Shown here in pieces: positions 51,514-60,885 of a DNA stretch of 64,000 bases (its first letter is position 1; the number at the start of each line of letters is the position of its first letter). The translations under genes and the position numbers were made by a program. The notes under the pieces were generated by a model. The model was given only the letters and a program-made list of their open reading frames with translations, had not been told where the DNA came from and made no database searches. The DNA comes from Thermodesulfobacteriota bacterium (GTDB taxonomy: Bacteria > Desulfobacterota_D > UBA1144 > Nemesobacterales > Nemesobacteraceae), in assembly GCA_965202785.1 (NCBI GenBank), contig OZ241855.1, positions 1,408,001 through 1,472,000 of the forward strand. Direction: 5' to 3'.

Positions 51514-52788
51514 ATGAGAAAAACGGCATTACATGCTTTTTTAATTTCTTTTTTCTTTTTTTCTTCAGTTGTGGGTTCCTCGGCTACGGCACAGGTGTCG
51601 GGAGAGTCGGTTTTTATCGAGGGCAAATGCGTAAGATGCCATACAATTGGAAAGGGAAGGTTCGTAGGTCCCGATCTTCTGGGTGTAGGGGAGAGGTACT
51701 CAAGAGATGATCTGATCAGATGGGCCAAGAATCCGGAAAGCCTCTATGCTGAAAGAAAGAAAAAACCGATAAACGAAGGCTATCCACCGATGCCTCCCAT
51801 GAATCTTTCAGAAAGCGATGCTCAGAGAGTTACTGACTACCTGCTGGAGTACACGCCTCCCCCAGGCCTTTCCGAAAGCGGGACGATAATGGGTCAGGTA
51901 AGGAACATCACGACAGGGAAGCCGCAGGAGGGCCAGGATGTCGTTTTGATCTCGTACATGGGAGACAGAAAGGAAGAACGGCATTTCGCCAAATCGGATT
52001 CGCTGGGTGTGTTTTCTTTTTCCTCTCTGCGGTGGGACAGAAGCTATGAGATCATGCTTTTTCACGAGGGAGTTCAGTATGTTTCGGGAAAGATGGTCTT
52101 TCTTCCAGGAAAGGACGAGATCACCCTTGATCTCCCGGTCTACGATACCACGAGTTTGGATGAAAACATCTCTTTGCGATCGCTGAACTTGATTGTCTAC
52201 CCGGATAACGGGGGTACCAGCGTGAATGTAACCTCACTTTATGTTTTTGAGAATTCGGGCGACACCGTTTTTACCGGAGAGCAGGCGGGCTCGGATACGA
52301 CGACCCTTGTTTTCTCGATTCCCGAGGAGACTGAGGATGTTACTTTTTCGGACAGTGTCAATCCAGAGGCGGCTGAGAGAAAGGGAGAGAAGCTTTACAG
52401 CAAACTTCCTTTTCTTCCGGGAATGAAAAGAATTGCTCTTGGTTATTCCCTCCCTCTTTCCCAGATCGGGGAGAAGTTCTCGATAGGCTTTGACTATGAA
52501 GTTGCCGATCTTGCGGTGTTTGTAAGGAAAACAGAGCTTGGAATCCGGGTCAAACAGCCCGGGGCGGTTGCAGAAGAGGTCATGATTCACGACGAGGCGT
52601 TTTTGAAATACGTGCTATCCGACTTAGAACCCGGAAGCGTAAAGGTAGTTGTTTCCAATATTTCCTTTCTTAAAAGCAACCTCGGCAAATATCTGCCCGT
52701 GATACTCTTTTTTCTCTTTGCGGTAGCGGGAGTGATGTATTTTTTCTACGGGAAAAACAGGTTTTCAAGTATGAACTCAGACAAATAA
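51514..52788 (+). CDS. Membrane-anchored monoheme c-type cytochrome with beta-rich (Ig/carboxypeptidase-like) domains
   Basis: Signal peptide, CVRCH, GPDL, distal Met in PPMPPM, C-terminal TM. Confidence 0.78.
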   Translation: MRKTALHAFLISFFFFSSVVGSSATAQVSGESVFIEGKCVRCHTIGKGRFVGPDLLGVGERYSRDDLIRWAKNPESLYAERKKKPINEGYPPMPPMNLSESDAQRVTDYLLEYTPPPGLSESGTIMGQVRNITTGKPQEGQDVVLISYMGDRKEERHFAKSDSLGVFSFSSLRWDRSYEIMLFHEGVQYVSGKMVFLPGKDEITLDLPVYDTTSLDENISLRSLNLIVYPDNGGTSVNVTSLYVFENSGDTVFTGEQAGSDTTTLVFSIPEETEDVTFSDSVNPEAAERKGEKLYSKLPFLPGMKRIALGYSLPLSQIGEKFSIGFDYEVADLAVFVRKTELGIRVKQPGAVAEEVMIHDEAFLKYVLSDLEPGSVKVVVSNISFLKSNLGKYLPVILFFLFAVAGVMYFFYGKNRFSSMNSDK

Positions 52789-52791
52789 GAA

Positions 52792-53967
52792 ATGAGCGAC
52801 GCGCAGAAAAATCCACCGCCTTTACTTAACAGGAGCTTTGTCCTTGTAACCTTTCTTGGGTGTCTTTACTTCTTTAACTTTCATTCGTTTCTCCTTCTGC
52901 CCATTAGAATTTCTGAGCTGGGAGGAACTGAAAAGATAGTTGGATTCGTGATGGGAATCGCAGGGCTGAGCACCCTTTTTCTTACTCCTTACGCGGGTCA
53001 CATAACCGACAAATATGGAAAAAAGCTGTTTGTGCTGCTCGGGTTTGCACTGCTTGCCGCTTCAACTTTCCCACTGGCCTTCTTAGATAGAGTCGATTAC
53101 CTCTACTACGTTATCAGAATAGTTCACGGCTGTTCCTTTTCCCTTTTCTTCGTAGCGGCTGGGGCGCTTACGGTTGATGTCTCAAGCGAGCAGAGAAGGG
53201 CACAGGCGCTCGGCATATACGGTGTTTTCACGATAATAAACTATGCGATTGCTCCTTACGTTGGCTCCATTCTGATAAAGAATTTCGGTTTTGATTTCTT
53301 TATTTTCTTCCTCACCGCTACGGCGCTTCTGGGTCTTGTAGTTTCCTTTATGATCGGGGATAGAAAAAAAACGCCGGCGCCGGAAGACGAGGGACGAAGC
53401 TATGCGGACTGTCTTCGCGACAAGGCTACCTTCGTGTCTTCCGCCACGCTCTTTATATGCGGGGCGGCGTTTATAACGACATTTAATTTCATCTCTATCT
53501 TTTCACTCTCCATAAACATAGAGAACTTTCACATGTATTTTCTTTCCTACACCGTTTCGGTGCTTGCAATCAGGTTGTTTCTCGGCTGGGTTCCCGACAG
53601 ATACGGAAAGTGGAGAGTCGCCTCCCCGTTTGTTTTCTTTCTGGGACTGAGTGTATTCATGCTGAGTTTTGTGTACGAGGTTAAACTTCTTGTTCTCTGC
53701 GGAATCATATTCGGCTGCGCGCACGGATTTGTGTATCCTTCGATATATTCAATCATAATAGAATCGAATCCTAAGGAGGCTAGGGCGAAGGCTTTTGCCA
53801 TAAGCAGCGTTTCGTTCACAGGCGGCGGAATGTTGGGGTCTTTTGTTTTCGGAGTGGTAGCCGAGCTTTTCGGATTCAGGACGATGTTTGTTTCAATAGC
53901 ACTTATGGTCTTCCTAGGTTTTCTGTTTTTCGCCAGAAGTTCAGCTTTAAAGGAACGCGGAGTATGA
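52792..53967 (+). CDS. MFS transporter
   Basis: GHITDKYGKK, GWVPDRYGK, about 12 TM segments. Confidence 0.88.
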   Translation: MSDAQKNPPPLLNRSFVLVTFLGCLYFFNFHSFLLLPIRISELGGTEKIVGFVMGIAGLSTLFLTPYAGHITDKYGKKLFVLLGFALLAASTFPLAFLDRVDYLYYVIRIVHGCSFSLFFVAAGALTVDVSSEQRRAQALGIYGVFTIINYAIAPYVGSILIKNFGFDFFIFFLTATALLGLVVSFMIGDRKKTPAPEDEGRSYADCLRDKATFVSSATLFICGAAFITTFNFISIFSLSINIENFHMYFLSYTVSVLAIRLFLGWVPDRYGKWRVASPFVFFLGLSVFMLSFVYEVKLLVLCGIIFGCAHGFVYPSIYSIIIESNPKEARAKAFAISSVSFTGGGMLGSFVFGVVAELFGFRTMFVSIALMVFLGFLFFARSSALKERGV

Positions 53968-54356
53968 GCAAAGAACCCATAAGACTTCCTTCCGGTCACC
54001 CGGAGATTTTCGACACGATGAAAATAGAGATCCAACGCATGGAGAACGGGGAGGCAGAGCTCTCCATGCCGTTTCTTGAAGAGTATACGCAGCACTACGG
54101 AATGCTCCACGGCGGCGCCATTTTCACCTTGGCGGATGCGGCCTGCGGAGTCGCGGTTGCCAGTGTCGCAAGAGAAGGGAAAAAGTTCCTTACGTCCGGA
54201 ATGAATATAAATTACCTGGAGCCCATTACAGAAGGTGTTACGGTTTGTCGCGCCAAAGTGCTTAGGCAAGGCAGAATAATGCCCGTTGAGAGCGAGGTTT
54301 GGAATTCGGGTGTTTGCGTGGCCAAGGCTAGTGCTATTTATACTTTAGTTGACTGA
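53964..54356 (+). CDS. PaaI-family (hotdog) thioesterase
   Basis: GMLHGGAIFTLADAACG, INYLEP. Confidence 0.9.
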   Translation: MSKEPIRLPSGHPEIFDTMKIEIQRMENGEAELSMPFLEEYTQHYGMLHGGAIFTLADAACGVAVASVAREGKKFLTSGMNINYLEPITEGVTVCRAKVLRQGRIMPVESEVWNSGVCVAKASAIYTLVD

Positions 54357-54362
54357 TCTTCA

Positions 54363-55097
54363 CTAAATATCTCCGAAGCGGGACTGAAAAAGCACTAAGC
54401 TTACCACTGAAGCCGTTTCCGCTCTCAGTATTCTTTTTCCAAGCCCGAGGGTTATGTAACCGTTTTCCTTTGCCAGGGTGATTTCTTCTTTCGAAAAACC
54501 CCCTTCGGGACCTATATAAACATTTATGCTGTCTACGGGTTTTGTGAGGGAATCCATGTAGTCCCCGAGCAGTTCACCCTGATTCTCATAAAGTATTATT
54601 TTCATCTCGCTTTGCTTTCTCACTCCAAAGGAATTCCGGAAATCAACCGGCTCGGAAACCAAAGGCGGTGTTGCTCTTCCGCACTGCTTTGTTGATTCCA
54701 GCGCTATCTTGTTCCATCTGTCTATCTTGGAAGTTGATCTTACTTGGGTTCTTTCCGAAATTACCGGAAAAATCTCTGATACGCCGAGCTGCGTTGCCTG
54801 ACTGATTACCCCGTCCATCCTGTTTCCCTTGAGAATCGCCTGGAAGAGATTCAGTTCCAGTTCCGGTTCAGTCTGCAGACGGCGGGTGCTGTGAACCCGG
54901 AGGGCGATGGCTCCAGAAGAGATGTCCGTCAGGATGCCCTCATACTCGGTGGATTCAGTGTCAAAAACGGTTATTCGATCCCCCGCTCCGAGCCTCAATA
55001 CTTTCGTTATATGCGTGTAATCGCTCTCGGATATTGTTCCGCGAAGCATCCCGTCGTCTTCTGTGGATGGTTCTTTTCTGATAGGAAATCTTGGCAT
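54363..55097 (-). CDS. rsmE: 16S rRNA m3U1498 methyltransferase
   Basis: HITKVLRL, QCGR, IGPEGGF, LGKRILRAETA. Confidence 0.96.
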   Translation of the reverse strand: MPRFPIRKEPSTEDDGMLRGTISESDYTHITKVLRLGAGDRITVFDTESTEYEGILTDISSGAIALRVHSTRRLQTEPELELNLFQAILKGNRMDGVISQATQLGVSEIFPVISERTQVRSTSKIDRWNKIALESTKQCGRATPPLVSEPVDFRNSFGVRKQSEMKIILYENQGELLGDYMDSLTKPVDSINVYIGPEGGFSKEEITLAKENGYITLGLGKRILRAETASVVSLVLFQSRFGDI

Positions 55098-55110
55098 TTC
55101 AAGTCGCCTT

Positions 55111-56622
55111 TTATGAGAGGTATAGGTCCAGGACTTTTTCCTTGAGACCACGGGTTGTGTGAATGTCGGCAGTTGCTACGGGGGTAAAACCGCAGCCAAG
55201 CAATGTTGCGGCCGTTATAGGTCCTATGCATGCAAATCCGGTCTTGGCGAAAAGTTTCGGGTCTTTTCCAAGAAGTGAGAAGAAATTCGTTACGGTCGAG
55301 GAGCTTGTGAACGTTACGAGGTCTATCTCTGCGTCGGAGAATCTCATCTTAATCAAGTCAAGTTCTTCCGTTGTATAGTCTGGAACAAGAGTCTCATAAA
55401 CGCAGAGCACTTCCACCATGGCTCCCATCGCCCGCAGGGTTTCAGGGAGAAATTCTCTTGCCACAAGTGCCCTTGGGATAAGTATTTTCTTGCCGTCGAG
55501 GTTTAGTTTCTCTGCAAGCGAAATTATTCCTTCGGCCGTATAGACCGCTGGCATGTAATCCGCCGTAAGATTGTACTTTAGCAATTCTTCCGACGTTTTC
55601 TCTCCTATGGCTATTATCATTTTGCCTTTTAGGTCGCGCGAGTCCTTTCCATGAGAGGTCAGCACCTCAAAATAGTTGCTGACTCCGTTTACGCTTGTGA
55701 ACACCAGAAAGTCGTAGTCTCCGAGGTTCCGTACCGAAAGTTGTTGTTCTCCCGTATCCCTTATGGGCTTTATTTCGATCGTGGGAAATTCGATGGTCTT
55801 TGCTCCGCAGGAGGCGAGGAGTTCTCCGAACTCGGATGAAGCTTCTTTTTCTCTTGTTACCATTATAGTTTTTCCGAAAAGAGGCTTTTTTTCATACCAT
55901 CCTATCGCTTCCGCAAGCGAGGCCACCTCTCCGACCACTATGGTTGCCGGGGTCTGGACGTCAAGAACTCTCGTTTTTTCCGCTATGTCGGAAATGGTTC
56001 CCACAACGGACGCCTGTTCGGGCAGCGTGCCGCAGGATATGATGGCCACGGGAGTAGACGGTTCCTTTCCGAGCTCAAGCAGTTTTTTCATTATGCTCTC
56101 GATGTTGCTTAGTCCCATGAGGAATACCAGTGTTTCTATCTGAGCCGGGTCGTAGTCAAAATCCTCTCCTTGATGATGTCCGGTAAAAACCGCGAAAGAA
56201 GAATTGTATTGTCTGTGAGTAATGGGAATTCCTCCGTAAGCCGGCACCGCGGTAACGGAGCTTACTCCCGGGACAATCTCGATATCGATGCCGTTCTGAA
56301 CTATCGCCTCGGCTTCCTCTCCGCCCCTTCCGAAAACAAAGGGATCGCCCCCTTTTAGTCTGGCTACCGTCTTGCCCTCTTTTGCCTTGCTTATAAGAAG
56401 CTCATTTATCTCTTCTTGGGATATATGGGCCCGCCCAATTGTCTTGCCTGCAAAGAGAAGTTCCGCGTCGGGGCGGCAGAACTTAAGAATCTGTGGATTT
56501 ACCAGAGAGTCATAGATTACCACTTGGGCTTCCCCGAGCAGTTTCTTTCCCTTTAGGGTAAGGAGCCCCGCATCGCCGGGACCCGCGCCGATCAGATAAA
56601 TCCTGCCTTTTTTTTCGCTCAT
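55111..56622 (-). CDS. cobA: Uroporphyrinogen-III C-methyltransferase / uroporphyrinogen-III synthase fusion (CobA-HemD)
   Basis: GAGPGD, RLKGGDPFVFGRGGEE; C-terminal FTSVNGV, FTSSSTV, CIGPIT. Confidence 0.93.
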   Translation of the reverse strand: MSEKKGRIYLIGAGPGDAGLLTLKGKKLLGEAQVVIYDSLVNPQILKFCRPDAELLFAGKTIGRAHISQEEINELLISKAKEGKTVARLKGGDPFVFGRGGEEAEAIVQNGIDIEIVPGVSSVTAVPAYGGIPITHRQYNSSFAVFTGHHQGEDFDYDPAQIETLVFLMGLSNIESIMKKLLELGKEPSTPVAIISCGTLPEQASVVGTISDIAEKTRVLDVQTPATIVVGEVASLAEAIGWYEKKPLFGKTIMVTREKEASSEFGELLASCGAKTIEFPTIEIKPIRDTGEQQLSVRNLGDYDFLVFTSVNGVSNYFEVLTSHGKDSRDLKGKMIIAIGEKTSEELLKYNLTADYMPAVYTAEGIISLAEKLNLDGKKILIPRALVAREFLPETLRAMGAMVEVLCVYETLVPDYTTEELDLIKMRFSDAEIDLVTFTSSSTVTNFFSLLGKDPKLFAKTGFACIGPITAATLLGCGFTPVATADIHTTRGLKEKVLDLYLS

Positions 56623-56860
56623 GGAACCGTGGATTGCTGGGGGGAGACCCCGGAGAAATTCACCTGTCTGTTTCTTTATACATTACACCTGAAGCGAAAA
56701 ACGGTGTCGCAACGCCGCTTTCCGCCTGTCCTCTGCTCCAAAATTATATTATTTCTCATGGGTCGCCTCCTGTAAAATCACTGAAAGGCTGTTTCTGGGA
56801 CTGCGGTTGAGTCTTTCTTTGTTTATGATGGCCGTACGGGTGGTTAGAATAATCCCCGAA

Positions 56861-58879
56861 ATGGATTCCGGGAAATCTCTGTTTAATCTCAAAAGCCCTT
56901 TTGAACCCAAGGGAGATCAGCCCCGTGCCATTTCCGCATTGGGCAAAGGGCTGAAACTAGGGTGCAAGGATCAGGTTCTCCTTGGAGTTACCGGAAGCGG
57001 CAAGACCTTTACCATAGCCCAGGTTATCCGTGACGCGGGACGTCCAACACTGATACTTGTTCACAACAAGACCTTAGCTGCGCAGATATACGCCGAGTTG
57101 CGCGATTTTTTCCCCGACAACGAAGTTCACTATTTCGTGAGCTACTATGACTACTACCAGCCCGAAGCCTATATCCCCGAGACCGACACGTACATAGAGA
57201 AAGACGCATCCATAAACGAATACATAGACCGCATGCGCCACGCCGCCACCAAGGCTCTTTTCAGACGAAGGGATGTGATAATCGTCTCAAGCGTTTCGGC
57301 TATCTACGGAATCGGAGCGCCCAAGGTTTATTACGGCATGCTTACCGAGATCGAAGTGGGAATGGAGATCTCAAGAAATGATTTCGCCCTCAGGCTTGAG
57401 GAGGTGCGTTACGAAAGGAAGATCGACGAACTTGACAGGGGCACCTACAGGGTTAGGGGGGACGTGGTGGACGTGTTTCCCTCGCATGAGGAATCGACTG
57501 CGCTCAGAGTCGAGTTTTTCGGAGACTCCATAGAGACGATACGCGCTATAGACCCCCTAAGCGGCAGGGTCGCCGGGGAAGTCCGGGAAGTTTCCATTTT
57601 CCCGGGTTCTCATTACGTGGCTCCCAAAAGCATCCTCGAAGAGGCAGTGGAGAGCATAGGCAGGGAGCTTGAGACGAGGCTCGCTGAACTCAAGGAGAGG
57701 GGTATGGGACTTGAGGCTGACCGTCTTGAGGAAAGGACCAAGTTTGATCTTGAGCTGCTAGGTACGATGGGTTTTTGTCCCGGTATCGAGAATTACTCAA
57801 GATACATTTCGGGGCGGCGTCCTGGAGAAGCCCCTTACACGCTTCTTGATTATTTTCCCGAAGATTTTCTATGCGTGATTGATGAAAGTCACCAGATGAT
57901 TCCGCAGCTTCGGGGCATGTACCTCGGTGACAGAAGCAGGAAGCTTTCTCTGGTTGAAAACGGTTTCCGGCTTCCTTCGGCGTTTGATAACCGCCCACTT
58001 AATTTTGAGGAGTTCGAAGCCAAGATCGGACAGGTGATATACGTTTCGGCTACCCCGGGGCCTTACGAATTCGCAGCGGCCCGCGGTAACGTCGTTGAGC
58101 AGATCATACGGCCGACGGGTCTTGCCGATCCCTTGATTGAAACCCGCACCGCCCAGAACCAGGTGGACGATCTGTTTGATGAACTAAGAAAAGTGGCTGC
58201 CGGAGGACAGAGGGCTCTTGTTACCACGCTTACAAAGAAGATGGCGGAAGACCTTACGGACTATTATCGGGAGCTCGGCCTACGGGTTGAATACCTGCAT
58301 TCGGAGATTGACACGCTCGAGAGAATAAAGATCGTAAGGGACTTAAGGGCCGCAAGATTTGACGTTCTGATCGGAATAAATCTTCTCCGGGAAGGACTCG
58401 ACATACCCGAGGTTTCCCTTGTCGCGGTGCTTGATGCCGACAAAGAAGGGTATCTTCGCTCAGAAACGTCGCTTGTTCAGGTTTTCGGCCGGGCAGCCAG
58501 AAATGTTTCGGGCAGGGTGATTCTCTACGCAGACACCATGACGGGGTCTATGCGCGCCGCCATGGCGGAAACCCGCAGAAGAAGAGATATTCAGATGGAG
58601 TACAACGCTAAAAACAATATAGTTCCGAGAAGCATCGAAAAGAACATAACCGACGTACTGGGTTCCATATACGAGTCTGACTACCTCGAGATTTCCGGTA
58701 CGGAGGAGGAAGATCTTCTCGATATCCCCCCGAACAAGATCCCGGGAGCTATAGCCAAGCTTTCAAGGGAGATGAAATCCGCCGCGAAGAAGCTTGAATT
58801 CGAGAAGGCGGCCGAATTCAGAAACAGGATAAAAAAACTGCAGGAACTGGAGCTTAAATACGCCGAAGGGGTCGCGTGA
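56861..58879 (+). CDS. uvrB: Excinuclease ABC subunit B
   Basis: GVTGSGKT, FVSYYDYYQPEAY, DESH, GINLLREGLD, GRAARN, C-terminal UVR domain. Confidence 0.99.
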   Translation: MDSGKSLFNLKSPFEPKGDQPRAISALGKGLKLGCKDQVLLGVTGSGKTFTIAQVIRDAGRPTLILVHNKTLAAQIYAELRDFFPDNEVHYFVSYYDYYQPEAYIPETDTYIEKDASINEYIDRMRHAATKALFRRRDVIIVSSVSAIYGIGAPKVYYGMLTEIEVGMEISRNDFALRLEEVRYERKIDELDRGTYRVRGDVVDVFPSHEESTALRVEFFGDSIETIRAIDPLSGRVAGEVREVSIFPGSHYVAPKSILEEAVESIGRELETRLAELKERGMGLEADRLEERTKFDLELLGTMGFCPGIENYSRYISGRRPGEAPYTLLDYFPEDFLCVIDESHQMIPQLRGMYLGDRSRKLSLVENGFRLPSAFDNRPLNFEEFEAKIGQVIYVSATPGPYEFAAARGNVVEQIIRPTGLADPLIETRTAQNQVDDLFDELRKVAAGGQRALVTTLTKKMAEDLTDYYRELGLRVEYLHSEIDTLERIKIVRDLRAARFDVLIGINLLREGLDIPEVSLVAVLDADKEGYLRSETSLVQVFGRAARNVSGRVILYADTMTGSMRAAMAETRRRRDIQMEYNAKNNIVPRSIEKNITDVLGSIYESDYLEISGTEEEDLLDIPPNKIPGAIAKLSREMKSAAKKLEFEKAAEFRNRIKKLQELELKYAEGVA

Positions 58880-58894
58880 CAATCGGGTATTTCC

Positions 58895-58922
58895 TTGCCG
58901 ATTTTTTTGTTTTATGTAGAAT
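58895..58922 (+). promoter_or_regulatory. sigma70 promoter of the rimP-nusA-infB operon
   Basis: TTGCCG, 16 nt, TAGAAT. Confidence 0.55.
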
Positions 58923-58936
58923 TTAAACCGCTTTGG

Positions 58937-58965
58937 AAAGAGTGGGTTTTTGCCCGCTCTTTTTT
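58937..58965 (+). terminator. rimP leader terminator/attenuator hairpin
   Basis: AAAGAGTGGG..CCCGCTCTTT plus T-run; resembles the widely conserved GAGTGGG..CCCACTC hairpin upstream of rimP. Confidence 0.8.
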
Positions 58966-58997
58966 GTTGAAGGGTTTGAAAGACACGGAGAATTTTT

Positions 58998-59486
58998 GTG
59001 GAAAAGGCTAACGACAAGCTTGAAAAAGCGGTTCTGGAGGTTCTTCACCCGATTGTGGAGGAGAATTCCTGCGAGCTTGTGGATATAAAGTATCTGAGGG
59101 AAAGAGGCGGCAGGATCCTGAGAATATACCTTGACAAGGAGGGCGGGGTCACCGTTGATGACTGCGCTAACGTGAGCAGGGAACTCGGCGTGGTTCTGGA
59201 TGCCTACGACATAATGCCGCAGCATTCTTACACGCTTGAGGTATCTTCTCCCGGTCTCAGGAGGCCCCTTAACAGGCAAAGCGACTACGAGAGGTTCAAG
59301 GGAAGGAAAGTAAAGATAAAGACCACGGATCCGGTCGATGACAGAAGGGTCTTTTCCGGAACGCTTCTCGGAATGGAAGGGGAAATGATTCTGTTGGAAG
59401 TTGATGGCCGTTCCTACAGCGTGCCTTTCGGCTCCGTCAGCAAGGCGAACTTGGAAATTGATTTTGGAAAAGGAGCGAGAAAATGA
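58998..59486 (+). CDS. rimP: Ribosome maturation factor RimP
   Basis: LRIYLD, GVTVDDC, YTLEVSSPGLRRPL. Confidence 0.97.
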   Translation: MEKANDKLEKAVLEVLHPIVEENSCELVDIKYLRERGGRILRIYLDKEGGVTVDDCANVSRELGVVLDAYDIMPQHSYTLEVSSPGLRRPLNRQSDYERFKGRKVKIKTTDPVDDRRVFSGTLLGMEGEMILLEVDGRSYSVPFGSVSKANLEIDFGKGARK

Positions 59487-60838
59487 TTACGGAGCTGACG
59501 AGAGTTATAGATTCCGTAGGGAAGGACAAGGGCATTGACAGGGAACGCATAATAAGCGCGGTTGAGGAAGCGGTTCTGTCCGCCGCCGAGAAGCTTCTCA
59601 AGTCGAAAAATCAGGACAAGGAACTCGACGTTTACTATAATCCCGATGAGGGAGAGGTGGAGCTTTTCGAGTACAAAGAGGTTGTGGAAACCGTAACCGA
59701 TCCCGAAATTGAGATTTCCCTCGCGGAAGCGTCCGAACTCGATCCCGAAACTGAACTTGGAGACATGATAGGCGTCAAGATAAGCCCCGAGTACACCAGG
59801 ATTGCCATTCACAACGCCAAGCAGAAAGTTCTCCAGAAACTCAAGGAGGCCGAAGGCAAGGTTATATATGAGGAATTTATCGGCAGGAAAGGAACCATAA
59901 TCGGCGGCATAGTGAGAAGGGTCGACAGAAGGCACATAATAGTTGATCTCGGAAGAGTTGAGGCCGTTCTGCCCCCGGAACAGCAGGTGCCGAGAGAGTA
60001 CTACAAGATGAAGGAAAGAATACGAGCGGTGCTTCTGGATATAAAGGAGTCCCCCAGGGGGGAACCGAGGCTTATCCTTTCAAGGGCTCACGTGAGTTTC
60101 GTGATGAGGCTTTTTGAATCGGAAGTCCCTGAAATCGCCGAGAATATAGTTGAGATAAAAGCTATCTCAAGAGACCCCGGCGGAAGAACGAAAATAGCCG
60201 TGGCGTCAAACGATTCGGATGTGGACGCGGTTGGTGCCTGCGTGGGAATGAGGGGCTCGAGGGTTCAGAGCATCATCCAGGAGCTCAGGGGCGAGAAGGT
60301 GGATATAGTTCCCTGGTCAGAAGACCCCGCCCGCTACGTCTGTAACGCCCTCTCTCCGGCTGTCGTGAACAAGGTCGTAATTGACGAGAACAGCCGCTCT
60401 ATGGAAGTCATAGTCGATGATGACCAGCTTTCTCTCGCTATCGGGAGAAAGGGACAGAACGTAAGGCTGGCATCGCAGCTTACCGAGTGGAAGATAGATA
60501 TAAAAACTGAGTCCAGAGTCAAGCAGGAACAGCAGGAAGTGCTCTCCCTTCTTACAAGCTTGCCGTCTGTAAGCGAGGTTACAGCAAGTCTTCTTTATAA
60601 TGACGGATTTTACTCTCTTGAACACATAGCTTTTTGCGAGCCGGATGTGCTCATGAAGGTTGGAAGTCTCAACGAAGACGAGGTCTCCACGCTTCAGAAA
60701 GCAGCCCGCGTGGCGCTTATGGAGAAACTTGAGGAAATGCCTGTTGAGACCGGAACGGAGGAGGTTCCGGATGCAGACGAGGTCAAGATATCATCGCCGA
60801 CCGGCGCAGAGGTACAGGATTCGCAAGAAGACAAGTAG
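59483..60838 (+). CDS. nusA: Transcription termination factor NusA
   Basis: RDPGGRTKIAV, GACVGMRGSRV, SLAIGRKGQNVRLA. Confidence 0.99.
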   Translation: MITELTRVIDSVGKDKGIDRERIISAVEEAVLSAAEKLLKSKNQDKELDVYYNPDEGEVELFEYKEVVETVTDPEIEISLAEASELDPETELGDMIGVKISPEYTRIAIHNAKQKVLQKLKEAEGKVIYEEFIGRKGTIIGGIVRRVDRRHIIVDLGRVEAVLPPEQQVPREYYKMKERIRAVLLDIKESPRGEPRLILSRAHVSFVMRLFESEVPEIAENIVEIKAISRDPGGRTKIAVASNDSDVDAVGACVGMRGSRVQSIIQELRGEKVDIVPWSEDPARYVCNALSPAVVNKVVIDENSRSMEVIVDDDQLSLAIGRKGQNVRLASQLTEWKIDIKTESRVKQEQQEVLSLLTSLPSVSEVTASLLYNDGFYSLEHIAFCEPDVLMKVGSLNEDEVSTLQKAARVALMEKLEEMPVETGTEEVPDADEVKISSPTGAEVQDSQEDK

Positions 60839-60851
60839 CAAAAACCACCGG

Positions 60852-60879
60852 CCTGTCTCCCCAGGAGAGCGGGTTTTTT
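60852..60879 (+). terminator. Intrinsic-terminator-like hairpin between nusA and infB
   Basis: CCTGTCTCC-cca-GGAGA(g)CGGG followed by T6. Confidence 0.5.
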
Positions 60880-60885
60880 GGGAAT

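Noticed and set aside
58937-58965. Hairpin before rimP as a novel RNA
   Set aside because: It matches the known conserved rimP leader attenuator; listed as a feature instead.
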